From the NCBI GenBank assembly GCA_016699365.1, contig CP064973.1, positions 195-64,194 of the forward strand: a stretch of 64,000 nucleotides of DNA. The letters are read 5' to 3'. The notes beneath the pieces were generated by a model. That model did no database searches, was not told the origin of the DNA, and saw only the letters and a list, made by a program, of their open reading frames with translations. Below, one piece after another: positions 44,218-55,625 of the stretch (within the stretch, counting starts at the first letter, position 1; every line of letters begins with the position of its first letter). The position numbers were made by a program, and so were the translations under genes. The stretch is from Candidatus Nomurabacteria bacterium (GTDB lineage Bacteria > Patescibacteriota > Minisyncoccia > Phycocordibacterales > UBA9973).

Positions 44218-46371
44218 TTAATTTTCTGCTTTTTTATTTTCCTCAATTTTTGGAGCATGAGATGCAGTCAATCTTTTGTTCAAAACTATTATCTCATCAC
44301 GGAGTATTGCTGCGGTCTCAAAATCGAGCTCTTTTACAGCCTTGTTCATATCGCGCTCTTTGATTTTTATAATCTTGTCATATACAAGCTTCTCGCGCTC
44401 TTCATCTGAGAGTAGAAGTTTCTTTATAGTCTTGGACTCATTCTTCTCTTTTTTATTCAACTCTTTTGCATATACTTTTTTGAACAAATCTATATCGAGT
44501 GCAAGCTCACCCATCACAGCTTTATCATGCTTGCTATCCATCTCCTCGGTAATATCTTTTATGCGCTTCATTATAGTTTTTGGAGTAATGCCATGTTTTT
44601 TGTTATACGCAATTTGAATATTTCTACGACGAGTTGTCTCATCAATAGCTCTTTTCATTGAGTCTGTGAGTCTATCCGCATAGAGAATTACTCTACCTTC
44701 GGCATTACGAGCCGCACGGCCGATCGTCTGTATAAGTGATACATCACTACGCAAAAAGCCCTCTTTGTCAGCATCGAGAATTCCAATAAGCGCAACTTCA
44801 GGAAGATCTAGACCTTCGCGAAGCAAGTTTACTCCTACGAGTACATCAAAATCTCCTTTACGGAATTGGGTAAGGATGCGGATACGATCTATAGTTTTTA
44901 CCTCACTATGAAGATACTCAGCTTTTATCTTTTTGTCTTTTAGGTATACAGACAAATCTTCCGCCATCTTTTTAGTAAGGGTTGTAGCAATAACTCTAAA
45001 ACCACGCTTTATTGTGACTTCTGATTCATTTATAAAATCTTGTATCTGTCCACCATATCCATTTTTTTCTAGAATCGGCTTTAGAATAATTTCTGGATCG
45101 AGCAATCCTGTTGGGCGAATAATCTGCTCTACTATCTGAACAGACTCTTCACGCTCTATAAGACTTGGAGTTGCAGATGTATATATCACCTGTCCAATTC
45201 GTTCACTAAATTCTTCGTAGCGCAGTGGACGGTTGTCTTTTGCAGAAGGCAATCGAAACCCGAATTCAACCAAGGTGCCTTTTCTAGAAGCATCACCTGC
45301 ATACATTCCGCGTAGTTGTGGAAGTGTTACATGAGATTCGTCTATCACAGTCAAAAATTCTGGCTTACCTTTTTTATCATGAGGAAAATATGAGAGCAGT
45401 GTCTCTGGTGGCTCACCTGCCGACTTACCAGACAAATGTCTAGAATAGTTTTCAATACCAGAACAATACCCGACCTCTTTTATCATCGCAAGGTCATATG
45501 TAGTTCGACGTTTTATACGCTCTGCTTCTAGAAGCTTGCCCTCTTTTTCAAAATATTTTAATTGATCTTTTAATTCTTTCTGAATTGCTTTTATGGCAAT
45601 ATCTTTCTGCTTTGGATCAGTGAGAAAGTGCTTTGCTGGAAAAAGAAACATACTTTTCGGTTTTTCTAAAACATGAGAAGAAACTGGATCAACAATCAAT
45701 ATCTCAGAAATTTTATTTTTATCGACAAAAATCTGATACATAAAAGTCTCAGACACGGGCATGATATCTATACGATTGCCGAGAGATCGGAATTGTCCAG
45801 AATTTAGATCTGCATTTGTACGAGTATAGTGAATCCCGACGAGACTACGAAGCAGGTCATTGCGCACAGCTTTATCTCCAACTGATAACATCAAATGCTC
45901 TTTTTGGTATTGCTCTGGGGAGCCGAGTCCGTAGATACAAGACACTGACGCAACTATAATTACATCCTTTCGAGTAAGTAGGGCTTGAGTAGAAGCATGA
46001 CGAAGGCGATCAATCTCTTCATTTATTTGAGCATCTTTTTCAATATATGTATCAGTAGTCGGCAAATACGCTTCTGGTTGGTAGAAGTCGTAATATGAGA
46101 CAAAGTAGTGCACTGCTGCATCGGGGAAAAATTCACGATACTCCTGAGCAAGCTGCGCAGCAAGGGTCTTATTGTGAGCAATAACAAGTGTGGGTTTGTT
46201 GTTTTTTGCAATTACATTTGCAATCGTAAATGTCTTACCTGTTCCAGTCGCACCCAAAAGGGTCTGCTTCTGCATACCCTTATCCAATCCAGTCATAAGC
46301 TCTTTTATTGCTTTGGGTTGATCACCCGACGGATCCCAGTCACTTTTTAATTTAAAAATATTGTCTGCCAT
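44218..46371 (-). CDS. uvrB: Excinuclease ABC subunit B
   Basis: GDQPKAI, helicase motif I GATGTGKTF, beta-hairpin region, C-terminal UVR domain. Confidence 0.92.
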   Translation of the reverse strand: MADNIFKLKSDWDPSGDQPKAIKELMTGLDKGMQKQTLLGATGTGKTFTIANVIAKNNKPTLVIAHNKTLAAQLAQEYREFFPDAAVHYFVSYYDFYQPEAYLPTTDTYIEKDAQINEEIDRLRHASTQALLTRKDVIIVASVSCIYGLGSPEQYQKEHLMLSVGDKAVRNDLLRSLVGIHYTRTNADLNSGQFRSLGNRIDIMPVSETFMYQIFVDKNKISEILIVDPVSSHVLEKPKSMFLFPAKHFLTDPKQKDIAIKAIQKELKDQLKYFEKEGKLLEAERIKRRTTYDLAMIKEVGYCSGIENYSRHLSGKSAGEPPETLLSYFPHDKKGKPEFLTVIDESHVTLPQLRGMYAGDASRKGTLVEFGFRLPSAKDNRPLRYEEFSERIGQVIYTSATPSLIEREESVQIVEQIIRPTGLLDPEIILKPILEKNGYGGQIQDFINESEVTIKRGFRVIATTLTKKMAEDLSVYLKDKKIKAEYLHSEVKTIDRIRILTQFRKGDFDVLVGVNLLREGLDLPEVALIGILDADKEGFLRSDVSLIQTIGRAARNAEGRVILYADRLTDSMKRAIDETTRRRNIQIAYNKKHGITPKTIMKRIKDITEEMDSKHDKAVMGELALDIDLFKKVYAKELNKKEKNESKTIKKLLLSDEEREKLVYDKIIKIKERDMNKAVKELDFETAAILRDEIIVLNKRLTASHAPKIEENKKAEN

Positions 46372-46440
46372 ATATGTATTTACACTTTACGCTATTTAAG
46401 AAAAAATAAAAAGCCGTGTATGTAACACGGCTTTTGAAAA

Positions 46441-46788
46441 TCATTTGTACATTTTGTCTCTAATATACGAGAGTCTTTTTATCTCTTCCTCATCTATCAC
46501 ACGAACAAATCTTTCTACTGATCCATCAGGTGTAATCTTGGGGTCCATAAATCCGTTTCCGTCTAAATCATGTAATGACCGATTATCAACCATCATACCA
46601 GCCAGATAAACATTAGATTGATAAAGAGGTCTATAGGTCACAAAAATTTCACCTGTTTCAGTATGCGGACCAACGCCGATAACTTCGTACACATACTCAC
46701 CTTCTGGCATATCATCTGTCCTTTTACAGTGTCTGTAGAAACCGTTCTCTGGAGCGTCCGCAGGGCGAACTAATTTTGGTTTTTCCAT
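46441..46788 (-). CDS. DUF1653-family protein
   Basis: GFYRHCK...YVYEVIGVGPHTETGE..VTYRPLY resembles the DUF1653 core. Confidence 0.5.
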   Translation of the reverse strand: MEKPKLVRPADAPENGFYRHCKRTDDMPEGEYVYEVIGVGPHTETGEIFVTYRPLYQSNVYLAGMMVDNRSLHDLDGNGFMDPKITPDGSVERFVRVIDEEEIKRLSYIRDKMYK

Positions 46789-46825
46789 ATGTTGTTTTTT
46801 TGAGAGTATATACTAAGAATGCAAA

Positions 46826-46858
46826 AATAAAAAGCGGAATTTTCCGCTTTTGTATATT
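46826..46858. terminator. Bidirectional terminator (aaagcggaa-tt-ttccgcttt)
   Basis: Hairpin plus flanking A/T runs between two minus-strand genes. Confidence 0.5.
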
Positions 46859-47281
46859 TTATAAACGCTCCAAATCTGCCAGTCGGATCTGAACAAACAC
46901 AGACTCTCTTATTTTTATTCTATCAATCAGACCATTGTCGTCATGATATTTTTTGAATATCGGAAGTATTTCGGCGATAAGTCTCTCAGTTACCTGAAGA
47001 CGATAAGAGATAATTGTGGCCAAGTACTCCTTGTCTCCAAATTTGAAAGAAAAAGTGGCCTGTTGATTGGTCGTCAACAAGTCCTTGATGTTTTTATTCA
47101 AAACAACTAGGAGGTCAAAGTCTATCGCCCTAGGGTCAATAAAAAAAGGGACCTCCTCATTGTTCCACCCTTTGTCGTGAGTAAAAACACTGACAGATCC
47201 GTGTCTCATTTTTTTTGAGACTACCATGAGCCTCTTGGCTGCAAAAGTACTTTTTGTTAAAACGTTTGTTGCTGCTGACAT
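46859..47281 (-). CDS. Hypothetical protein (140 aa)
   Basis: ORF only. Confidence 0.35.
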   Translation of the reverse strand: MSAATNVLTKSTFAAKRLMVVSKKMRHGSVSVFTHDKGWNNEEVPFFIDPRAIDFDLLVVLNKNIKDLLTTNQQATFSFKFGDKEYLATIISYRLQVTERLIAEILPIFKKYHDDNGLIDRIKIRESVFVQIRLADLERL

Positions 47282-47354
47282 AGTATATTATTTTTTAGAA
47301 TGAACTTAGAACAACCTATATTAGCCCCAGAAGGTAGAATTGTAAAGCCAAGAC

Positions 47355-48587
<1,233 letters not shown>

Positions 48588-49379
48588 TTATTTTTTTATT
48601 TCAATATATTTCAAATATCGTACGTTTACCGGACTGGTTAATAGAATTCTTTGAAAAGGATCTCTCGGGTCAGATATAACACTAGATACAACAGCAACAG
48701 GAATGCTACTAATTGAGGGGAGCGACGCAAATGTCCCAATTGGAATAGAAACATCTCTTGGTAATATTGCTTCAAAATTCTGTCCTCCACGACCCACTAA
48801 ATCTACAGACAAATTAGAATCAGATAAAACGACATTGGTTAAATTTTTTGATTGTGAATATAAAGTAACTTTAGATGTAGAATTGTAAACTTCTGCAACA
48901 AAACCAATCGGTATGTTTCCATAGGCAAAAACTTTATCTCCGACAACTACGCCATTGTTTTGTCCCTGATCAATTACAAGTGTATCGTATGGACTCTGTG
49001 GTGGTCTCGAAAGTATGACAGCAAGCAAGCCAATATTTGACTGACTAGAACGTCCAAAAATTTCAAGGAGTGAATCGGTCTCTTTTGCCTTTGCTTCAAG
49101 TTCAATCATAGTTGCCTGCATTGAAAGAATCTGGGAATTCAAAATTTCATTTTCTTCAATTAATTTATTTTTATTTACTTTTGAATCTCTAAAATTATTT
49201 ACTGATGAGCTCACCCAATTCCCTGTCCTCCAAAAAGGAGTAGCCACCCAATCAAAAATCCCTCCTAGCGGAGACAGTGTTCTGGTTGTAGATAAAATAA
49301 AAACCAAAATAAATATAAAAACACCTGATGCAAGAGCAATCTTCTTGTTTCTTTTTCTTTTATTTAGGAGGTAATTCAT
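48588..49379 (-). CDS. mreC: Rod shape-determining protein MreC
   Basis: N-terminal TM helix, coiled coil, beta-rich C-domain; immediately downstream of and overlapping the mreB end. Confidence 0.75.
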   Translation of the reverse strand: MNYLLNKRKRNKKIALASGVFIFILVFILSTTRTLSPLGGIFDWVATPFWRTGNWVSSSVNNFRDSKVNKNKLIEENEILNSQILSMQATMIELEAKAKETDSLLEIFGRSSQSNIGLLAVILSRPPQSPYDTLVIDQGQNNGVVVGDKVFAYGNIPIGFVAEVYNSTSKVTLYSQSKNLTNVVLSDSNLSVDLVGRGGQNFEAILPRDVSIPIGTFASLPSISSIPVAVVSSVISDPRDPFQRILLTSPVNVRYLKYIEIKK

Positions 49380-50409
49380 CCTTTTGTGAATTTACTAATA
49401 CCTGGTTATATAAAGACAAATCTTCAAGTACAATCCCAGCGCCTATTGCAACAGCAGATAGAGGGTCTTCTGCAGTATAAACTGGCATTTTCAAAACTGT
49501 CTGAAGTAGTGTATCGAGACCTTGTATTAGCGCACCGCCTCCTACGAGAATAATTCCTCTGTTCATAATATCTGACAAAACTTCCGGAGGGGTAGTTTCT
49601 AAAACTTCTTTTATCCCATCAATCAGTGCTCTAATAGATACTGCTATTGCCTCACGGACATCTGTATCAGTAACAACAACTTCACGAGGCAATCCTGTAA
49701 CCAAGTCTCTACCTCGAACAGTTATTTCCATAAATTTTCCTGGCATAACTGAACCAATAGCTATTTTTACACTTTCAGCAGTTTTTTCTCCGATCAGTAA
49801 TTTAAATTCATCTTTTAGATAAGTAACAATATCATTGTTCAGTCTATCTCCAGCCACATGAAGATTCTTGGATTTTACGATTCCACCAAGAGCAATAACC
49901 GCGATATCTGTAGTACCTCCACCAATATCTATCACCATAGAACCTACAGGGTCCATGATCGGTAATCTAATCCCTATAGCTGCAGCCATAGGCTCTTCGA
50001 TTATATGGACCTCACGCGCACCAGCAGAACGAGCCGCGTCATATACTGCTCTAGTCTCAACATTTGTAATTCCCGAAGGAACCCCAATCACCACACGTGG
50101 ACGCAAAAACTTCTTTGAAATTTTTTCAGCCTTACCTATGTGATAAGAAAGCATTTCTTCTGTAATTTCAAAATCAGAAATAACACCATCTATAAGTGGC
50201 CTTATAGCTCGGATATGTCCCGGCGTACGGCCCAACATTTCTTTTGCTTCAGTACCCACAGCAACAATCTGATTTGTTTTTGTATTTACAGCAACGACTG
50301 AAGGCTCATTGATAACAATCCCGTGACCTTTTAGATATACGAGAGTATTGGCGGTACCGAGATCAATACCGATATCGTTTGAAAGTGAGTTTTGAAACTT
50401 TTCAAACAT
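49360..50409 (-). CDS. mreB: Rod shape-determining protein MreB
   Basis: IGIDLGTANTLVY phosphate-1 motif, actin-fold motifs throughout. Confidence 0.92.
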   Translation of the reverse strand: MFEKFQNSLSNDIGIDLGTANTLVYLKGHGIVINEPSVVAVNTKTNQIVAVGTEAKEMLGRTPGHIRAIRPLIDGVISDFEITEEMLSYHIGKAEKISKKFLRPRVVIGVPSGITNVETRAVYDAARSAGAREVHIIEEPMAAAIGIRLPIMDPVGSMVIDIGGGTTDIAVIALGGIVKSKNLHVAGDRLNNDIVTYLKDEFKLLIGEKTAESVKIAIGSVMPGKFMEITVRGRDLVTGLPREVVVTDTDVREAIAVSIRALIDGIKEVLETTPPEVLSDIMNRGIILVGGGALIQGLDTLLQTVLKMPVYTAEDPLSAVAIGAGIVLEDLSLYNQVLVNSQKDELPPK

Positions 50410-50410
50410 A

Positions 50411-51661
50411 TTATTTTATTTTTTCTATCACTTCTGAAAATGCGACCACGCTTCCCTTTTCTTCATTTCTTTTTTTAATCTCCACTCCACCATCTTTGAT
50501 ACTCCTATCTGATACAACAAGTCTATATGGAATACCAATCAAGTCTGCATCTGCAAATTTTTCACCCGCAGAAACACCGCTTCTATCATCAAATAAAACC
50601 TCTACATTGTTTTTATTTAAAATTTGATACAAATTTTCTGCCTGCGCTCTCGCATCCTCACTATCTCCAAGTACTAGTAGGTGCACACGAAATGGCGCGA
50701 TTGATTCTGGCCAGATAATTCCTCTATCATCAGACAATACTTCAACGACAGTCCCCATTAGACGAGCTGGACCAATGCCGTATGAACCCATAAATGCAGA
50801 CTTGCTTTCACCTGTTTCTGTTTGATACTTCAAACCTAAAGCATCGGAGAAGCGAGTGCCTAAAGTGAAGATGTTTCCTACTTCTACAGCCCTATTTTCA
50901 ACCAAGGTGTCTTTTGATAGACCAAGGCTTTCTATAATCTCATCAGTGTAAACTTCTTTGTTTATAGCAATACCTTTGCTTTCGTCTACATATATAGTGT
51001 CTTCGCCCGCCCCTGTAATAGTCTGGAACTCATGAGAAAACTTCGAGAACATTCCTCCTGATGCAAAAGTCATATATGTAAGATGTCCGATTCCTGTGCG
51101 ATTGAAAATATTCTTGTAAGCAACTTTCGAGCGCTCATAGAATTCATTGTGCTCAGCTTCGTCTTTTGAAAAAGAATATAGATCCTTCATCACAAATTCA
51201 CGTGTACGCATAATTCCACTTTTAGCACGAGTTTCATTTCGAAACTTTGTTTGGAACTGATACACATATCTAGGCAGATCTCGATATGACTGAACAAAAT
51301 CTTTCATCATGATAGTCATCGGCGCTTCGTGAGTAACACCAAGCCCGAGCTCTGTTTCGTTTTTCAGTTTTGTTTTAAACCAGACATCAACCTGATCATC
51401 TGCCCACTGGTTCGTAGGTTCCCATGTAGACTTCTCTTGAAGCGCAGTAAGAGTAATTTCTTGACCCCCAATTGCATTCATTTCTTCACGGATTATATTT
51501 TCAATCTTCTTCAAAACACGAAGTCCGAGTGGTAAGTAGCCGTAAACACCGGCCATTACTTTTTCTACAAAACCGCCCTTGATAAGAAGCTCTGCGTTCT
51601 TTGCAACCTCGTCCGCAGGGCTTTCCTTTTTAGTTTTAGTGAATAGTTGTGATTGCTTCAT
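50411..51661 (-). CDS. proS: Proline--tRNA ligase (minimal form without an editing insertion)
   Basis: Class II motifs 1-3, typical ProRS N-terminus (QLFTKTKKE...GGFV), C-terminal anticodon-binding domain. Confidence 0.88.
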   Translation of the reverse strand: MKQSQLFTKTKKESPADEVAKNAELLIKGGFVEKVMAGVYGYLPLGLRVLKKIENIIREEMNAIGGQEITLTALQEKSTWEPTNQWADDQVDVWFKTKLKNETELGLGVTHEAPMTIMMKDFVQSYRDLPRYVYQFQTKFRNETRAKSGIMRTREFVMKDLYSFSKDEAEHNEFYERSKVAYKNIFNRTGIGHLTYMTFASGGMFSKFSHEFQTITGAGEDTIYVDESKGIAINKEVYTDEIIESLGLSKDTLVENRAVEVGNIFTLGTRFSDALGLKYQTETGESKSAFMGSYGIGPARLMGTVVEVLSDDRGIIWPESIAPFRVHLLVLGDSEDARAQAENLYQILNKNNVEVLFDDRSGVSAGEKFADADLIGIPYRLVVSDRSIKDGGVEIKKRNEEKGSVVAFSEVIEKIK

Positions 51662-51742
51662 ATAAGAGCCATCTTACCTTAAAATCGCCAATAAAAAAAG
51701 CCCCCGAATTGGGGGCTTTAAATTGTGAATATATTTTTTGTT

Positions 51743-52081
51743 TTAAAAATATTCAGATAGTATAGGGTATGAACTCAATTCTTCAAAAGGAGTATCATTC
51801 CTCTTGGCAGCGTATAATGTCTTACTTTGTTTCTTGTATATCTCCCAAGGTAAAGCGGTTTCACCGTCATCTGTAGAGATGAAATACTTGAATAAAAAAT
51901 ATACGGAAAACACTAAACCAGTAACCGATAACAAAATAAAAAAGATATCATCAGGTTTTTGGGATATCAGCAAAAATCCCGGCATAAAAATAAAAAACAA
52001 GTTTACCCAGAAAATATTCATTCTCTGTCTATAGTTTGTCTTTATAAGATTGTTTATTACTGCAAATTCAAATAACGTCAT
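51743..52081 (-). CDS. Small membrane protein (hypothetical)
   Basis: ORF with two TM helices; followed by a 13-bp-stem terminator at 52093-52134. Confidence 0.35.
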   Translation of the reverse strand: MTLFEFAVINNLIKTNYRQRMNIFWVNLFFIFMPGFLLISQKPDDIFFILLSVTGLVFSVYFLFKYFISTDDGETALPWEIYKKQSKTLYAAKRNDTPFEELSSYPILSEYF

Positions 52082-52092
52082 AATTTTTTTAT

Positions 52093-52134
52093 TTGGTTCT
52101 CAAAAATCCCAAAAAGGAAGCTTTGAGAACCAAA
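52093..52134 (-). terminator. Terminator hairpin (tttggttctcaaa ... tttgagaaccaaa)
   Basis: 13-bp perfect stem followed by a T-run on the minus strand. Confidence 0.55.
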
Positions 52135-52337
52135 TAAAAAACAATATTTATAAGTATTTTATCATATTTTAGGATTATTGTCAACCCTTCCCTTTTTGTA
52201 CAAAATACTGTATTATCAAGGGGTTCCGTGGAGGGGGCTTTTTCATTTAAAAGTCCAAAGCACCCTTTGTAAATAAGCTGGGAATGCTTAAAAACGGAGC
52301 AGTCGCAAGACATTTATAATTAACCATAGAATTAACT

Positions 52338-53015
52338 ATGCAAAATCAAAAAGACACCATTGATGCGTTGTTTAAAGTTGGCGCACACTTTGGATACTCA
52401 AAGACGAGACGACACTCATCTGCGAAGAAGTTTATCTTCGGAACAAAAAACAAAGTCGACATTATTGACCTTGAGAAAACATACGTAATGCTCGAGGATG
52501 CAAAGAAAGTCATGCATGACCTAAAGGCTGGTGGAAAGATAATTCTTTTCGTAGGAACAAAGCCTGAGGCTCGCGAGATTATCCGTTCTACTGCTAGCTC
52601 ACTCGGTATGCCATATGTAGCAGATCGTTGGGTTGGAGGACTTCTTACAAACTTCCCTGAAGTAAAGAAGCGCATCGCATATTTTGAAGATATCCGCACA
52701 AAGAAAGAAAAAGGTGAACTAGATATGTTCACAAAAAAAGAACGTCTTCTAATCGAAAAAGATTTGGAACGCATGACTCACAACTTTGGTGGTGTAGCAA
52801 ATATCAAAAGAGTTCCAGATGCAATGTTTGTAGTTGACCCTAAAAAAGAGCACATAGCAGTTACAGAGGCTCTAAAAAGTGGTATCCCAGTTGTAGCTAT
52901 AGCAAACACTGACTGTAATCTAAAAGCTGTAAACTTCCCTATTATTGCAAACGATGGATCACGAGGAAGTATTGAATACATAGTAAACACTCTAAAGGAA
53001 GCCTTAATTGATTAA
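52338..53015 (+). CDS. rpsB: 30S ribosomal protein S2
   Basis: Conserved S2 N-terminus (LFKVGAHFGYSKTRRHSSAKKFIFG) and full-length similarity. Confidence 0.92.
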   Translation: MQNQKDTIDALFKVGAHFGYSKTRRHSSAKKFIFGTKNKVDIIDLEKTYVMLEDAKKVMHDLKAGGKIILFVGTKPEAREIIRSTASSLGMPYVADRWVGGLLTNFPEVKKRIAYFEDIRTKKEKGELDMFTKKERLLIEKDLERMTHNFGGVANIKRVPDAMFVVDPKKEHIAVTEALKSGIPVVAIANTDCNLKAVNFPIIANDGSRGSIEYIVNTLKEALID

Positions 53016-53052
53016 AAAAATAATTAGTAGATCTTTTTAGAATAAATAAAAT

Positions 53053-53838
53053 ATGTCTATACAAATAACAACCGAAGAAGTTAAAAAATTACGTGACGCA
53101 ACAGGAGTATCTGTTATGCAATGCAAAAAAGCTCTCGAAGAAACTGAGGGTGATATGGAGAAGGCAATAATGCTTCTCAAGAAGAAGTCTAGTGATATTG
53201 CAAGTAAAAAATCTGACCGTGAAGCGCTTGCTGGAATCGTGGTTATCAAGCAGACTAGCGGTAAAGCTATCATGCTTACACTTAACTGCGAGACTGATTT
53301 CGTAGCAAAAAACGATGACTTCATAGCACTAGCAAATAAATTGGCTGACATGGCAATCAACGAAGGAACAGAATCTGTGGTAGCAAAATCTGAATCTGAA
53401 ATCAGTCCAGTAGTTCAAAAGATTGGTGAAAACATCAAACTTGGTGGAATAAAAGAATATGCAGGGGGTATCATAGGTTCATACACTCATAACGGCAAGG
53501 CTGGAGTTGTAGTGACACTATCAGGAGGTACAGAAGACCTAGCGCGCGATATAGCTATGCACATAGCAGCAATGAAGCCAGAATACACAGACCGAGAAAG
53601 TATTCCAGAAGAAAAGATTGAGCTCGCTAGAGAACTTTTCACAAAAGAAGTCGAAGAGAGCAACAAACCAGAAGATATGAAAGCAAAAATCCTAGAAGGC
53701 AAGGTTGATGCTTACTTCAAAGATCTAACTCTTGTGGATCAAACATTTGTTAAAAATCCTGAAAAAACAATTGGTCAACTTCTAAAAGAATCTGGGGATA
53801 TAAAAATTCTTGGGTTTGATAGAAATAGTGTAATATAA
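53053..53838 (+). CDS. tsf: Elongation factor Ts
   Basis: UBA-like N-terminus (VKKLRDATGVSVMQCKKALEETEGDMEKAI), located downstream of rpsB. Confidence 0.9.
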   Translation: MSIQITTEEVKKLRDATGVSVMQCKKALEETEGDMEKAIMLLKKKSSDIASKKSDREALAGIVVIKQTSGKAIMLTLNCETDFVAKNDDFIALANKLADMAINEGTESVVAKSESEISPVVQKIGENIKLGGIKEYAGGIIGSYTHNGKAGVVVTLSGGTEDLARDIAMHIAAMKPEYTDRESIPEEKIELARELFTKEVEESNKPEDMKAKILEGKVDAYFKDLTLVDQTFVKNPEKTIGQLLKESGDIKILGFDRNSVI

Positions 53839-53842
53839 AGAA

Positions 53843-54352
53843 ATGATTGCATTGGTTATAATATTTTTTGTACTTTTAGTTACTAGTCTTGTATTCCTAA
53901 TGTACAAGACAGGCCAAATCAGAAATGGTGCTTTACCTATGGAAAAAAAGCACGAATTTGGCGACAAAGACGGGTGGCTAAAACAACGCACAAAAAAATA
54001 TATTAAAATAACTTCGATTGTAATTTCTGATATATTGTTCAGTATATTGGTCTGGTTTTTTAAAAACTGGGTAAGAATAAATAGAAAACTTTACAGATCA
54101 ATAAAGAGAAGGTTCCCTGAAGTCGCTTATGTATTGGGTGAAAAACCAAAAATACAAAATATAAACGACACAGCACCCGCATCAAGCTTTATCGCAAACA
54201 TAAGAGAACATAGAGAAACGATAAAAACTGCAAACGGAGAAACTAGAAGCGAAATTTCAGACACTTCAATCACTAGAATTGTAACACCTGTTCTAAGAGC
54301 TAGATTTGCAACAGAAGAACCGAAAAAAAAGACGCCTGAAAGTACGAAGTGA
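53843..54352 (+). CDS. Membrane protein (hypothetical, 169 aa)
   Basis: ORF with two TM helices. Confidence 0.4.
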   Translation: MIALVIIFFVLLVTSLVFLMYKTGQIRNGALPMEKKHEFGDKDGWLKQRTKKYIKITSIVISDILFSILVWFFKNWVRINRKLYRSIKRRFPEVAYVLGEKPKIQNINDTAPASSFIANIREHRETIKTANGETRSEISDTSITRIVTPVLRARFATEEPKKKTPESTK

Positions 54353-54425
54353 TACAGCACTTGAAAAATAAAAATTAAACCTGTAGTATATAGAAGTCAA
54401 AATAGAAATACTTGATTCCCTGCGA

Positions 54426-54498
54426 GCCGGCTTAGCTCAGTTGGTAGAGCAACGGTTTTGTAAACCGTAGGTCCCCGGTTCAAGCCCGGGAGCCGGCT
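54426..54498 (+). tRNA. tRNA-Thr (anticodon TGT)
   Basis: Cloverleaf GCCGGCT acceptor, anticodon stem ACGGT/ACCGT, loop TTTGTAA, T-arm CCCGG-TTCAAGC-CCGGG. Confidence 0.9.
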
Positions 54499-54523
54499 CA
54501 TAGGGAGTGAAGTATTCTAAACA

Positions 54524-54566
54524 AAAAAACCTCGTAAATTAATTTACGAGGTTTTTTTGTTTTTTT
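54524..54566. terminator. Bidirectional terminator (aacctcgtaaatt-aatttacgaggtt)
   Basis: Palindrome with T-runs; lies between tRNA-Thr and the ogt stop. Confidence 0.6.
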
Positions 54567-54832
54567 GTATGAATATATCCTTCTTTCTTCAAGAGAGATA
54601 CCTTCTTGTTCTTACCTCGATTATATTCACCTAGATCTCCATTGGATTTTATGACCCTATGACATGGCACCAGAGGATTGTAGTTATTGGACAAAATAGT
54701 ACCAACCGCCCTATAAGCAAGAGGACTACCAGAAAGTTCTGCAACTTGCTTGTAGGTTAATACTTTTCCTTTTGGAATATTTTTAACTACCCTATAAACC
54801 CTATCTTTAAATTTTTCAGATCTATTGTCCAC
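54539..54832 (-). CDS. ogt: Methylated-DNA--protein-cysteine methyltransferase (standalone MGMT C-domain)
   Basis: Active-site motif VPCHRVI and DNA-binding HTH of the MGMT family. Confidence 0.75.
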   Translation of the reverse strand: MDNRSEKFKDRVYRVVKNIPKGKVLTYKQVAELSGSPLAYRAVGTILSNNYNPLVPCHRVIKSNGDLGEYNRGKNKKVSLLKKEGYIHTKKQKNLVN

Positions 54833-54838
54833 AAAAAA

Positions 54839-55564
54839 CTAGATTGAAAAGTAATCCAAATCAATCATCCCTCCAAGAGTATTAACAGATATACTTACCT
54901 CAACAGTACCTTCTGAATACGGGGCAACCGCATATGGAGGAAATATGAATACAATACTATCATCAGTTACATAAAAACGTTCAAAATTTTCTATTGCTTG
55001 ACTAGTACCTGCTTCTACCATATCTATATTAGCGTCTTCTCCTAGCAAATCTAATACAGCATCCTTAACAACTTCAGAAAGAGCGGGGATATATCCATCT
55101 TTTTTAAACAAATCATCCAACGTTACTGTTTTATTGTCGTCTTTCTTATAAGAAAAAGTTTTAGTATCTTCAAAACCATGAGCTCCACCAGTATATGTAT
55201 AATTTTTAACAATATAAGTATTTATTTTTGCAGATTCTATAACAGAGTAATTTATATCCAAGATGTATTCCCCACTTGATAAACCGACTGAAACTGGCGC
55301 TACAAGCACTTTAAATGCGGCTATTGCGTCATCTATGTATATAGTGATGTCTTGGCTGTCTGTTTCTGGATAATTAGCTTTAATAGAGTAAGTTTCACCA
55401 TCCTCCAAAAAGACCTTTGGGACAGTCTCGCCCATTTGTTCTTCTGTATTTTCTATCACAGGAGTACTATTATCTGTAAGATCAGGGCCGAATTCAACAA
55501 GACCAAATATAAATAGGCCTAAAAAAAGTATAAAAAATATTGGTAAAAATATCTTATTTTTCAT
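54839..55564 (-). CDS. Secreted DUF3298/DUF4163 (RsiV/PdaC-like) domain protein
   Basis: Signal peptide and YTGGAHG motif characteristic of DUF3298. Confidence 0.55.
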   Translation of the reverse strand: MKNKIFLPIFFILFLGLFIFGLVEFGPDLTDNSTPVIENTEEQMGETVPKVFLEDGETYSIKANYPETDSQDITIYIDDAIAAFKVLVAPVSVGLSSGEYILDINYSVIESAKINTYIVKNYTYTGGAHGFEDTKTFSYKKDDNKTVTLDDLFKKDGYIPALSEVVKDAVLDLLGEDANIDMVEAGTSQAIENFERFYVTDDSIVFIFPPYAVAPYSEGTVEVSISVNTLGGMIDLDYFSI

Positions 55565-55625
55565 ATATATAAATATACCATACATATTTTGGTATAATAG
55601 ATATATTAGTATTTAGATAATTTTT

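Noticed and set aside
52140-52337. About 200-nt leader upstream of rpsB, considered as an S2 autoregulatory structure or riboswitch
   Set aside because: Only a weak promoter-like TTGTCA...TACAAAAT was seen, and no recognisable conserved riboswitch or pseudoknot motif could be supported by eye.
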